DNA of 64,000 bases from an uncultured Gemmatimonadales bacterium (GTDB taxonomy: Bacteria > Gemmatimonadota > Gemmatimonadetes > Gemmatimonadales > GWC2-71-9). Location: positions 90,522-154,521 of the forward strand of contig CAWGED010000003.1 in NCBI GenBank assembly GCA_963821525.1, given 5' to 3'. The translations under genes and the position numbers were made by a program. The notes under the pieces are model-generated. The model searched no databases. It worked only from the letters and a program-made list of their open reading frames with translations, and was not told the DNA's origin. Position 1 is the stretch's first letter. Each line of letters opens with the position of its first letter. Positions 53,531 through 62,496 of the stretch are shown here, in pieces.

Positions 53531-54313
53531 TCATCGTCCCTTGAACTCCGCCTTCCTCTTCTCCAGAAACGCCTTCACCCCCTCCGCCTTGTCCTCGCTC
53601 GAGAACGCCAGACCGAAGAGGGCGGTTTCCTGCCGGAGCCCCTCGTCGAGCGAGCCGCGCACGGAGGCCCGTACCGCTTCCTTTATAAGGCGCAGTGCGA
53701 CGGGGCTCTTCTCGGCGATTCCGGCGGCGAGTCCGAGCGTGTGCTCCCGGAGCGCCGCCGCGGGAACCACCTCGTCCACCAGGCCGATGCGGAGCGCCTC
53801 AGCCGCGTCAATCAGCGCACCGCTGAAGAGCAGCTTGAGCGCGGTCCCGGTGCCTACCAGCCGGGGCAGCCGCTGCGTCCCGCCACCGCCGGGAATGATG
53901 CCGAGGTTGATCTCGGGCTGGCCCAGCTTGGCCGAGTCGGCCGCGATGCGGATGTCGCACGCCATGGCGAGCTCGCACCCACCGCCCAGGGCGAAGCCGT
54001 TGATCATCGCGATCACCGGTTTGGGAAACCGGTCCACCGCATCGAAGATCGTGGGCTCGTTCATGACCCGGTATTGATCGACCGGCGTCCGTCCCTCGAA
54101 CTCGGTGATATCGGCACCCGCCACGAAGGCCTTGTCCCCGGCGCCGGTGACGACCACGACCCGGATCGCATCGTCGTGGCGCAGCGTGTCGAGACTCTGG
54201 ATGAACTCTCTCCGCGTCGCCTGATCGAGCGCATTCCGCTTCTCGGCGCGGTTGATCGTCAGCACCGCAACACGGTCTATCTTCTCAACCAGGACATTGC
54301 TCGAAGTTGACAT
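53531..54313 (-). CDS. Enoyl-CoA hydratase (PaaF/Crt-like)
   Basis: AFVAGADI, ALGGGCELAMACD, GQPEINLGIIPGGGGTQRL. Confidence 0.92.
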   Translation of the reverse strand: MSTSSNVLVEKIDRVAVLTINRAEKRNALDQATRREFIQSLDTLRHDDAIRVVVVTGAGDKAFVAGADITEFEGRTPVDQYRVMNEPTIFDAVDRFPKPVIAMINGFALGGGCELAMACDIRIAADSAKLGQPEINLGIIPGGGGTQRLPRLVGTGTALKLLFSGALIDAAEALRIGLVDEVVPAAALREHTLGLAAGIAEKSPVALRLIKEAVRASVRGSLDEGLRQETALFGLAFSSEDKAEGVKAFLEKRKAEFKGR

Positions 54314-54332
54314 TATTCTGGAGCGTTGGTGC

Positions 54333-54406
54333 GTAGCTGTAGCTTAGTGAGCTGCTAGTCAATTACGCTAATAGCTAATAGCTAATAGCTAATAACTGAC
54401 AGCTCA
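54333..54406. repeat. Heptamer array (GCTAATA)4 with a degenerate partner arm
   Basis: gctaatagctaatagctaatagctaataactgacagctca. Confidence 0.85.
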
Positions 54407-55267
54407 CCTCGCCACCTGTAGAAGCCCTCCCCGCTCTTCTTGCCCAGCTTCCCCTCCGCCACCAGCCGCCGCAGGATCGCCGGAGGTTCGTATTGTGCCC
54501 CCCCCAGCGTCTGATGGAGATATTCCGCGATCTTGAGCCGCACGTCGAGCCCCACCAGGTCGGTCAGCTTGAGCGGGCCCATCGGGTGGTTGTAGCCCAG
54601 CTCCATGGCGCGATCGATGTCGGCAGCGCTCGCCACGTTCTCCTCGACCATGCGCATCGCTTCGAGTCCCAGGACGACGCCGAGCCGGCTGGAGGCGAAG
54701 CCGGGCGAGTCGCGCACCACGATGGCTTCCTTGCCCAACGCCTTCACGATCTCCAGGGCCTCGCCTCTGGCTTCCTCGGTCGTCCGCTCGTGAACCACGA
54801 TCTCCACCAGCTTCATCAGGTGCACTGGATTGAAGAAGTGCAGCCCCAGGAACCGGCCGGAGCAGGGCAAGTCGCTTTGGCGATCTCGGCGATCGAGAGG
54901 GACGACGTGTTGCTTGCCAGCAGGGCCCGAGAGCTTGGCGCTGGTCGCGGCCTTCTTGAGGACGGCCTGTTTGACGGCGAGGTCCTCGACCACCGCTTCG
55001 ATCACCAGATCCGAACCCCGCGCCGCTTCGACGATGTCCGAGGTCGGATGGATTCGTCGCTGAATCGCGTCCGCCACCGCCCGCTCCATCTTGCCGCGGC
55101 TCACGGCCCCGTCCAGGTTGCGCGCAATGCTGGCCTGCGCCGCGGCCAGTGCCTCGGGCCGCTCGTCGGTGAGCCATACGTCCCAGCCCGCGCCGGCTGC
55201 GGCCTGGGCGATGCCGATGGCCCATCGTGCCGGCGCCGATCACCGTGACCCGTTCAATCCCGCTCAT
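54382..55267 (-). CDS. 3-hydroxyacyl-CoA dehydrogenase (PaaH/Hbd-like), frameshifted
   Basis: VIGAGTMG, VIEAVVEDL, GLHFFNP, DSPGF, HPMGPLKLTDLVGLD, LGKKSGEGFY. Confidence 0.9.
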
Positions 55268-55984
55268 GCATGCCTCCGGTGACAACGGCGTGAATCAGGT
55301 CCGGAAAGTTGCCGCAGATCCCGTCTACTCCCATCTTCGCCAGACCAGAGATCTCCGCTTCCGTGTTCGCGGTCCAGGCGATGACCCGGCATCCTGCCTT
55401 GTGCATGAGCTGAACCAGGTCCTGGTCGATCAGGTGGGCTTCCTGCCATAGCACATCTGCTCCAGCGGTCTTCAGTACGGCAACGGGATCGAGCAGGTAC
55501 GAGGCGAGCAGCACGCCGCGCGCAAGGCTCGGCCGCTTCTGTCCGAGCCGAGCGATGATACGATGATCGAAGCTGTGCACGGCGTAGCGCTTGGGTGTCG
55601 GACCACGATCCAGCGTTTCGAAGCAGGCGATCATCGAACGATGCGGGAAGCGACTTCACCTCGACCCAGACATCGAGCCCGTCGAGCAGGGTCGAGCGCC
55701 TGGGCGAGGGTAGGAATCTCCTCCCCGTTCGGAAGCCGGTGGTGAGCAATGTCGGTCGAGGACAACCCCGAGATCAACCCAGCCCCGGCAATGGCGTAGT
55801 CGTGATGAACGATCAGGACGCCATCGCCGGTCGCGTGCACATCCAGCTCCACTCCGTCGGCACCGAGTTGCTTCGCCAGCCGGAAGGCGCTGGGGGAGTT
55901 CTCGTAGGCGATGCCGGAGGCGCCTCTATGCCCTATGCACGACGGGCGGCGGCCATCAGCCGTCAGCCATCGGCCGTCAGCCAT
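55254..55984 (-). CDS. Glycerophosphodiester phosphodiesterase family protein, frameshifted
   Basis: IGHRGASG..ENS, GADGVELDVHAT.DG...VHHD, VEVK, SFD, AWTAN, GVDGI. Confidence 0.88.
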
Positions 55985-56059
55985 TGATCGTCTGCTGACG
56001 GCTAACGCCTAGCGGCTGAAGGCGCCAATTACCAATTACCAATTGCCAATTACCAATTG
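55953..56059. repeat. Composite heptamer arrays (GCCRTCA)5 / (GCTRACG)n inverted pair, plus (CCAATTR)5
   Basis: gccatcagccgtcagccatcggccgtcagcc ... gctgacggctaacg ... ccaattaccaattaccaattgccaattaccaattg. Confidence 0.9.
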
Positions 56060-56069
56060 TAGTTCCTGG

Positions 56070-57224
56070 CTAGTTCTCATCCGCCTTCTTCGGCTCTATC
56101 CAATCGTTGTCCTTGAAGATGTCCCGCAACGCCGCCCGGTCTTCCGCCGTCGGCGTCACCGAGGCGATATACGCCGGGTAGGCCTCAGCCGAGAGCTCAT
56201 TGCCACTCACGTCGCAGGGCTTGCGCGCGTAGACGCCGATGCGGCGGTTGAACTTGAGTTCCGGCACATACAGATGCCGGTCCCTGTCAGCGATCGCCGT
56301 GTTGAGCCGAGCCACGAGCCGGACGATCTCCTGTCGGTATAGCTCGCGGCTGGCCTCGTTCAGGTGGGCAACATCGGCCGGATCGCTGGTCTCCCGTTCG
56401 TTGAACCGGCCCTTGAGACCCCATACGTAGGCCCAGTGCGCGCTCGACGAGTTGTCGGTGCCAAAGAGGTCGAACGCCGTCGGAATCCACTTGTTGAAGT
56501 AGCGCTGGATAATCTCCGGTGGAATCCGGCCGGCTTTCACGATCCGGAGCAGGCCGTTGTTCCCGGTGCCCAGGTGGAAGCTCTCCTCCTTGAGCATCGG
56601 TCCCATGGAACGGGCCAGGGGATGGAAAGCGGAGGTGGACAGCATCTTGAGCTGGAACTTCCCGTCCCGGTCGATGTACTGGGTGTAGGTAAAGAAGTCC
56701 AGCCAGTTCTCCACGATTTCATTGAAGGAGCCGAGCAGACGCTGGCCCTCCTCGGCCCGCCGCTCGAGTAGCTTCTGCGCCTCGCGTTTCCCCTCGTCCC
56801 CGAAGTGCTGGCACAACAGGTAAGACATCTGCCAGCCATGCCGCATCTCCTCGCTCATTACCCGCATCAGCGCGAAGAGGTCATAGTCGCTGGGCGCATT
56901 CTGAAGCAGCGCCCTCTGCTGTTCCACCGAGGCGAATTCGGTGTCGCCCTGATAGACGATCAGGTTGAGCAACGCGTCGCGGATCCGCTGATCCGGGATA
57001 TGCATGAGGGTGGGCCACTTGTTGCGGCCCTTGTAGTGACCGAACTCGATCATCTCCGCCTCGGGCTCGCCGAACTTCGCGTCGAAGCTGAAGGTCGCGA
57101 AGCTCTTGCCGCGAAATTCTTCGCTCACGGCGGAGCCCTTGAATTCCTTCGCGGCGACTCCAATGGAGTCCTGCCAGTAGTGGAAGTAGTCGATCCAGTC
57201 GTCGAAATTGTTCACTCGGCGCAT
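56070..57224 (-). CDS. BoxB-like diiron aromatic-acyl-CoA epoxidase (384 aa, PaaA/BoxB family)
   Basis: QGDTEFASVEQQR, SEEMRHGWQM (ExxH), IDRDGKFQL, MLKEESFH (ExxH). Confidence 0.85.
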   Translation of the reverse strand: MRRVNNFDDWIDYFHYWQDSIGVAAKEFKGSAVSEEFRGKSFATFSFDAKFGEPEAEMIEFGHYKGRNKWPTLMHIPDQRIRDALLNLIVYQGDTEFASVEQQRALLQNAPSDYDLFALMRVMSEEMRHGWQMSYLLCQHFGDEGKREAQKLLERRAEEGQRLLGSFNEIVENWLDFFTYTQYIDRDGKFQLKMLSTSAFHPLARSMGPMLKEESFHLGTGNNGLLRIVKAGRIPPEIIQRYFNKWIPTAFDLFGTDNSSSAHWAYVWGLKGRFNERETSDPADVAHLNEASRELYRQEIVRLVARLNTAIADRDRHLYVPELKFNRRIGVYARKPCDVSGNELSAEAYPAYIASVTPTAEDRAALRDIFKDNDWIEPKKADEN

Positions 57225-57235
57225 GATGGCCTCAT

Positions 57236-58034
57236 TCAGTAGCGAAAACGGGGAGGGCGTCTGCCCAGATATGCGGCGAGTCCTTCTGCCGCGTCGCTGC
57301 TTTGGAAACAGGCGAGCTGGTTGGCTCGCTCCAAGTCGAGCATGGTCGAGAAGTCGCGCGATTCGCCGGCGTAGACCGCGGCCTTCGAGAGTCCCACGGC
57401 CGGGGCAGGGAGGCCGGCTAGCGACGCCGCCCATTCGGCTGTTGCCGACTCCAGCTCCGCCGCCGGCACCACCTTGTTCACCAGCCCGAGTGCGAGACAC
57501 TCGGCGGCCGGGATCAACCGGCCCGACCAGAACAGCTCCAGCGCCCGCGCGGTCCCGACCTGCCGGGCCAGGAAATGCGTCGACCCGATGTCTGGATGCA
57601 GGCCGAGCTTGTGAAAGACGAAGCCGAGCGACGCCTGGTCTGACGCGATCCGGAGATCACAGGCCAGGGCGATCCCGGCACCACCTCCAACCGCGGGCCC
57701 GTTCAGGCTCCCCAGTACCGGCTTGGCGGTCCCTCTGAGCAGCGCGAACCAATTCGTTGCCGGCTTCGAGCAGGCGCATCGCATCGGCATGGCGTCCCTG
57801 GTGGACGCAGTCGTGCATGTAGCGCACATCGGCACCGGAGCAGAAGGCGCGGCCGGCACCCGTCACCACGATCGCGCGCACCGCGGGATCCCGCACCATG
57901 GCCTGCGCCGCGGCGACCATCTCTTCCCGCATCACGGCCTCGAAGGCGTTCAGCCGATCGGGCCGGTTGAGCGTCAGGGTGCCGACTCCGCCTGCTACCT
58001 GGAGCCGGACAAACTGGAAAGCATCACTGCTCAC
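57236..58034 (-). CDS. Crotonase-family isomerase (PaaG-like), frameshifted
   Basis: LNRPDRLNAF, AFCSGADV, GGGAGIALACD (no catalytic Glu), LGLHPDIGST (Asp). Confidence 0.8.
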
Positions 58035-58037
58035 CGA

Positions 58038-59240
58038 TCACTCCTTCACGCTCTCTACGACCAGCGCGATGCCCTGACCAACTCCGATGCACATCGATGC
58101 GACTCCGTATCGCCCGCCGGTGCGGCGCAGGGCATGCACCAGCGTCGTCAGGATCTTGGCACCCGAGGCGCCGAGGGGATGGCCGAGCGCGATGGCGCCG
58201 CCGTAGATGTTGACCTTGGCGGGATCGAGGCCCAGCTCGCGGATGCAGGGAATCGCCTGTGCCGCGAACGCTTCGTTCAGCTCGACCAGGTCCAGATCGG
58301 ACGCCTTGATGCCGGCGCGAGCCAGTGCCTTCCGCACCGCTGGCACCGGACCGATACCCATCACCGATGGATCCACTCCCGCGACGGCCGACGAAATGAT
58401 GCGCGCCATGGGTGAGAGACCCAGCTCCCGCATCGCGTCTCCGCTCACCACGGTCATGGCGGCAGAACCGTCGTTGATCCCGCTGGACGAAGCCGCCGTG
58501 ACGGTTCCATCGGTCACGAACGCCGGCTTCATCTTGGCGAGCGACTCGAGTGTCACCCCGGCCCGGGGATGTTCATCGGTGGTGAAGGACTTCCCGGCGT
58601 TCTCCTTGCCCGGCAACGGGACCGGCACCAGCTCGTCGGCGAAGACTCCAGAGGCGAGTGCCTTCTGCGCCCGGGCCTGGCTCTCCACCGCGAACGCATC
58701 CTGCTCCGCTCGCGAGACGCCGTATTGCGCCGCCACCTTCTCGGCGGTTTCACCGAGGGAGATGGTCCACTCCTTCTTCATCCTGGGATTGGTGAACCGC
58801 CAGCCCACGGTGCTGTCCGCCATCGGCGGCGGCGTCCGATTCCAGGGCGCTCCCGACTTGAGCATGACGTAGGGTGCTCGGGTCATGTTCTCGACCCCGC
58901 CGGCGATGAACACCGATCCCTCTCCTGAGCGGATCGCCTGCGCCGCGCTGATCACCGCCTGCAGGCCGGAGCCGCAGAGCCGATTCACCGTCTGCCCCGG
59001 AACTTCGACCGGCAACCCGGCGAGCAGCGCCGCCATCCGCGCGACGTTGCGATTGTCTTCGCCCGCCTGGTTGGTGCAGCCGAAGATGACGTCTTCGATT
59101 CGTGCAGGCGGGATTCCCGAACGCTCGACTACGGCCTTGACCGCAATGGCCGCGAGATCATCGGCCCGAACCTCGGCGAGTGCTCCGCCGGCTCGGCCCA
59201 CGGGAGTGCGCAGTGCAGTTGTGATGAAAGCGTCAGTCAT
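58038..59240 (-). CDS. 3-oxoadipyl-CoA thiolase (PcaF/PaaJ-like)
   Basis: GCTNQAGEDNRNVARM, NRLCGSG, ELNEAFAAQ, ALGHPLGASG, MCIGVGQG. Confidence 0.92.
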   Translation of the reverse strand: MTDAFITTALRTPVGRAGGALAEVRADDLAAIAVKAVVERSGIPPARIEDVIFGCTNQAGEDNRNVARMAALLAGLPVEVPGQTVNRLCGSGLQAVISAAQAIRSGEGSVFIAGGVENMTRAPYVMLKSGAPWNRTPPPMADSTVGWRFTNPRMKKEWTISLGETAEKVAAQYGVSRAEQDAFAVESQARAQKALASGVFADELVPVPLPGKENAGKSFTTDEHPRAGVTLESLAKMKPAFVTDGTVTAASSSGINDGSAAMTVVSGDAMRELGLSPMARIISSAVAGVDPSVMGIGPVPAVRKALARAGIKASDLDLVELNEAFAAQAIPCIRELGLDPAKVNIYGGAIALGHPLGASGAKILTTLVHALRRTGGRYGVASMCIGVGQGIALVVESVKE

Positions 59241-59245
59241 TCGGT

Positions 59246-59357
59246 TTAGCCGTCAGCCATCAGCTGTTAGCCGTTAGCGATTAGCGGTTAGCTGTTAACG
59301 TCTCACGTCCCACGTTTCACGCTTTTCCCTCTCACTTCTCACGTCTCACGTCTCACG
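59246..59357. repeat. Two unrelated heptamer arrays abutting: (TYAGCYR)n and (GTCTCAC)n
   Basis: ttagccgtcagccatcagctgttagccgttagc... then gtctcacgtcccacgtttcac...ctctcacttctcacgtctcacgtctcacg. Confidence 0.9.
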
Positions 59358-59361
59358 TTGT

Positions 59362-60795
59362 TCAGAGTCCCACCCACACCGTCTTCGTCTCCAGATACCC
59401 ATCCAGCGCCGTCCGGCCCAGGTCGCGGCCGAAGCCCGATTGCTTGTAGCCGCCGAAAGGAGCGGCGGGATCATAGATGTTGTAGGTGTTGATCCAGACG
59501 GTACCCGCCCTGATCGCGTGCGCCACGCGATGCGCCTTGGAGATGTCGCGGGTCCAGATCCCTGCCGCCAGGCCGTACATCGACTGGTTTGCGAGATGGA
59601 CGGCCTCCTCGACATCATCGAAGGCCAGCACGGCGAGGACCGGCCCGAAGATCTCCTCGCGGGAGATCGTCATCTCGGGCTTCACCCCGTCGAAGATGGT
59701 GGCCTCGACGAAGTAGCCCTTGCCGTTCACCTTGGCCGCGTTGCCGCCGGCCACGACGCTCGCGCCTTCCGCCTTTCCCTTGCCGATATAGCCCAGCACG
59801 GTCTCCTGTTGCTTCTTGGAGACCACGGCGCCGAGCCGGGTGTTCTTGTCGAACGGATCACCAGGGACCAGCTTCTTCGCCCGCTCGGCGAGCTGTTCGA
59901 CCACCTGGTCCTTCACTTTACTCTCGACCAGGAGCCGGCTTCCTGCGGCGCAAACTTCTCCCTTGCCGTAAAAGATTCCGTTCTGCGCTCCCTTCACTGC
60001 GGCACCCAGGTCCGCATCCGCGAAGACAATGTTGGGACTCTTGCCACCCAGCTCGAGAGTCAGCCGCTTCACGGTGTCGGCCGCGTCCTTCATGAGCCGC
60101 TTGCCGACCTCGGTCGAGCCGGTGAAGGAGATCTTGTCTACTCCGGGGTGCCGCACGAGCGCGGCTCCGGCGGTTGAGCCGGCACCGGGAACGACGTTGA
60201 ACGCTCCGGCCGGTAAGCCGGCTTCACGCATCACGTCCGCCATCGCCAGCGCGGTGAGCGGGGTTTCCGTCGCGGGCTTGAGCACCACTGTGCATCCAGC
60301 GGCCAGCGCAGGCGAGAATTTCCAGCCCGCGATGTTGAGCGGGAAGTTCCAGGGGACGATCGCGCCAACCACGCCGACCGGTTCGCGACGAATGTAGGTG
60401 AAGTAGGGACCTTCGACCGGCACCGTCTCGCCGCTCAACTTGTCGGCCCAGCCGGCGTAGTATCGGAGAGTCTCGATCGTCATCGAGACGTCGATCTTCG
60501 ACTCGAAGAAGGGCTTCCCGTTCTCGACCGTCTCGAGCTTGGCGACTTCATCGAGCCGGGAAGCGAGAATGTCGGCCGCCTTGGCCAGCATCGCGCCCCG
60601 CTTCCTTCCCGAGAGCTTGCGCCACTCGTCCGACTCGAAGCAGGTCCGCGCCGCACCAACCGCCGCGTCCACATCCCCCGCATCAGCCTCGGCCACCTGT
60701 GCCGCGACTTCTTCGGTCGCCGGATTGATGACGTCGAAGCGTTTCGCCCCGGTTGCCGGGCGCCACTCGTTGTTGATGAAGAGATCGGTGTGCAT
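59362..60795 (-). CDS. NAD(P)-dependent aldehyde dehydrogenase
   Basis: PWNFP, FTGSTEVG, LELGGKSP, GEVCAAGSR, EEIFGPV, PFGGYKQSG. Confidence 0.95.
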   Translation of the reverse strand: MHTDLFINNEWRPATGAKRFDVINPATEEVAAQVAEADAGDVDAAVGAARTCFESDEWRKLSGRKRGAMLAKAADILASRLDEVAKLETVENGKPFFESKIDVSMTIETLRYYAGWADKLSGETVPVEGPYFTYIRREPVGVVGAIVPWNFPLNIAGWKFSPALAAGCTVVLKPATETPLTALAMADVMREAGLPAGAFNVVPGAGSTAGAALVRHPGVDKISFTGSTEVGKRLMKDAADTVKRLTLELGGKSPNIVFADADLGAAVKGAQNGIFYGKGEVCAAGSRLLVESKVKDQVVEQLAERAKKLVPGDPFDKNTRLGAVVSKKQQETVLGYIGKGKAEGASVVAGGNAAKVNGKGYFVEATIFDGVKPEMTISREEIFGPVLAVLAFDDVEEAVHLANQSMYGLAAGIWTRDISKAHRVAHAIRAGTVWINTYNIYDPAAPFGGYKQSGFGRDLGRTALDGYLETKTVWVGL

Positions 60796-60805
60796 TCAGT
60801 CTCGG

Positions 60806-60958
60806 TCAGGCCGTCAGCCGTCAGCCGTTAGCCGTTAGCCGTTAGCCGTTAGCCGTTAGCGATTTAGCAATGGATTCTGGTGCCCCACCACCCACCTCCC
60901 CACATCCAAACATCCCCACATCCCTCATCCCTCATCCCTCAATCCCTCAATCCCTCAC
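60806..60958. repeat. Two unrelated arrays: (TYAGCCG)n and (ATCCCTC/AATCCCTC)n
   Basis: tcagccgtcagccgttagccgttagccgttagccgttagccgttagc ... catccctcatccctcatccctcaatccctcaatccctca; the latter begins in the TGA stop of the upstream gene. Confidence 0.9.
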
Positions 60959-61785
60959 TTCGCCTTAAACGTCGCCATCCTCTTCTCCGTGTACGCCGCA
61001 ATCCCTTCCTTCGCGTCTTCCGACTGGAACAGCTGCTGCTGCAGCTCGCGCTCGATGGCCAGGGCGCTCTCGAAGGGAATCTCGGCGCCGGACTGCACCG
61101 AGCGCTTGATGGCTCCCACGGCCTTGGAGGCCTTGTTGGGCGGGCAGAACTGCCGAGCGTAGAGCTGCACTTGATCCCAGAAGCCATCCGGCTCGAAGAC
61201 CTGGTTCACGACGCCCAGCTCCTGCGCCATCTCGAAGGAGAAGGTTTCGCCGGTGGCCATCAGCTCGATGGCCTTGGACTTCCCCACGATGCGGCAGAGC
61301 CGCTGGGTGCCGCCGGTGCCCGGGAGCACGCCCAGGTTCACTTCGGGGAGACCGATCTTCCCCGCATTGCGCCGCGCGATGCGAAGATCGCACGCCATGG
61401 CAATCTCGAGTCCTCCGCCGACGCAGTGGCCATTGATGGCCGCGATGGTGAGCTTCGGCGTCTGCTCCAGGCGGTTCAGCGTCTCGTTGGCGTGGAGACA
61501 GAAGAAGTACTTGAACCGCGGGGTGACACTGTTGAGCATCCCGATGTTGGCGCCGGCGGAGAAGAACTTCTCGCCGTGGCCGCGCAGCACGATCACATGG
61601 GCGTCCTCCGCCATGCGGGCATCGAGAATGGCGGCATCGAGCTGCCGCATCATTTCATAGGTATAGGTATTGGCCGGCGGATCGTTCAGCGTGATGATCG
61701 CGAGCCCGTCCTCGACTTCATAGTTCACCAGCACCTTGTCGGTGGGGGTCGGGGCGCCGGGACGCGGCGTGGCGGTGGCGGTCAA
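60955..61785 (-). CDS. Single-domain crotonase resembling the BoxC N-terminal (catalytic) half
   Basis: FSAGANIGML, KYFFCLHANETLN, GGGLEIAMACD, LPEVNLGVLPGTGG. Confidence 0.75.
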   Translation of the reverse strand: MTATATPRPGAPTPTDKVLVNYEVEDGLAIITLNDPPANTYTYEMMRQLDAAILDARMAEDAHVIVLRGHGEKFFSAGANIGMLNSVTPRFKYFFCLHANETLNRLEQTPKLTIAAINGHCVGGGLEIAMACDLRIARRNAGKIGLPEVNLGVLPGTGGTQRLCRIVGKSKAIELMATGETFSFEMAQELGVVNQVFEPDGFWDQVQLYARQFCPPNKASKAVGAIKRSVQSGAEIPFESALAIERELQQQLFQSEDAKEGIAAYTEKRMATFKAK

Positions 61786-61800
61786 GGGGGCGTTCCTCCG

Positions 61801-62403
61801 TTAGGGAGCAGTAATCCGTGTAGCGACGTTGGAGACCGGTGTCGTGTACCCGTTCAGGAAGAGGCGGGACATTTCCTCAGCCAGCTTCTCAGGCGGGAGT
61901 GGGCCGGTGGGATGATACCAGGTGTAAATCCAGTTGATCATGCCGAACAGGGCGAAGGCCGCGGTCTGCCGCGAGATCTGCGCTTCGGGTACCTGATCCA
62001 GCAGTTCGTGAAGCAGGTTGGCGTATTCCCGCTTGCGCCGGCGTAACTGCGCCCGCATCGTCCCTTCCAGCTCATCCGACTCGTGGGACAGGACCTTCAT
62101 CTCGTCCATGTGCGCGGCGAAGAAGGTCACGTGATGCTGGATGAATGCGGCGAGCCTGGCCTCGGGCTCCTCTCCCGCCTGGGCCACCGCCTCGCGGGCC
62201 CCGATGATCACCAGGGAAAAACAGCGATCCTGGATCAGGTAGAGAAGCTCCAGCTTGCTGGTTACATAATGGTAGATGCCGGCCAGGCTGAAGCCGCTGG
62301 CCTTGGACAGGTCCCTCATGGAGGTGGCCTGGTAGCCGCGCTCGGCATAGGTCCGGGCGGCAACGGTAAGGAGATGCTGGAGACGCTTGTCGTAGGCGAG
62401 CAC
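61801..62403 (-). CDS. TetR family regulator (PaaR/KstR2-like)
   Basis: HTH RGYQATSMRDLSKASGFSLAGIYHYVTSK; C-terminal FGMINWIYTWYHPTG. Confidence 0.9.
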   Translation of the reverse strand: MLAYDKRLQHLLTVAARTYAERGYQATSMRDLSKASGFSLAGIYHYVTSKLELLYLIQDRCFSLVIIGAREAVAQAGEEPEARLAAFIQHHVTFFAAHMDEMKVLSHESDELEGTMRAQLRRRKREYANLLHELLDQVPEAQISRQTAAFALFGMINWIYTWYHPTGPLPPEKLAEEMSRLFLNGYTTPVSNVATRITAP

Positions 62404-62408
62404 GGGCC

Positions 62409-62428
62409 GTCCGAACGTTCGTTCGGAC
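62409..62428. promoter_or_regulatory. Palindromic TetR operator
   Basis: GTCCGAACG-TT-CGTTCGGAC, perfect 9-bp arms, between the -10 box and the GTG start. Confidence 0.75.
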
Positions 62429-62431
62429 CGG

Positions 62432-62460
62432 AAGCTAGGCCGGCCCTCCCGGGCGGTCAA
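62432..62460 (-). promoter_or_regulatory. Sigma70-type promoter of the tetR-headed operon
   Basis: Minus strand TTGACC(62460-55)-N17-TAGCTT(62437-32). Confidence 0.7.
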
Positions 62461-62496
62461 GCTTAACGTTCGCCACGCCCCCGCGTCTTCCCTGAA

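Noticed and set aside
56070..57224. Calling the diiron protein paaA or boxB outright
   Set aside because: Partner subunits are absent and the length differs from both, so a gene symbol would overstate the evidence.
1886..58034. Dozens of frameshifts suggesting mass pseudogenisation or programmed frameshifting
   Set aside because: They are single-base indels that also hit housekeeping genes (rne, acyl-CoA dehydrogenase). Those genes lack in-frame nonsense decay and show no consistent slippery motif, so uncorrected long-read error is the best explanation.
15500..60958. Tandem repeats as CRISPR arrays
   Set aside because: The units are 7-8 nt with no unique spacers, and there are no cas genes.
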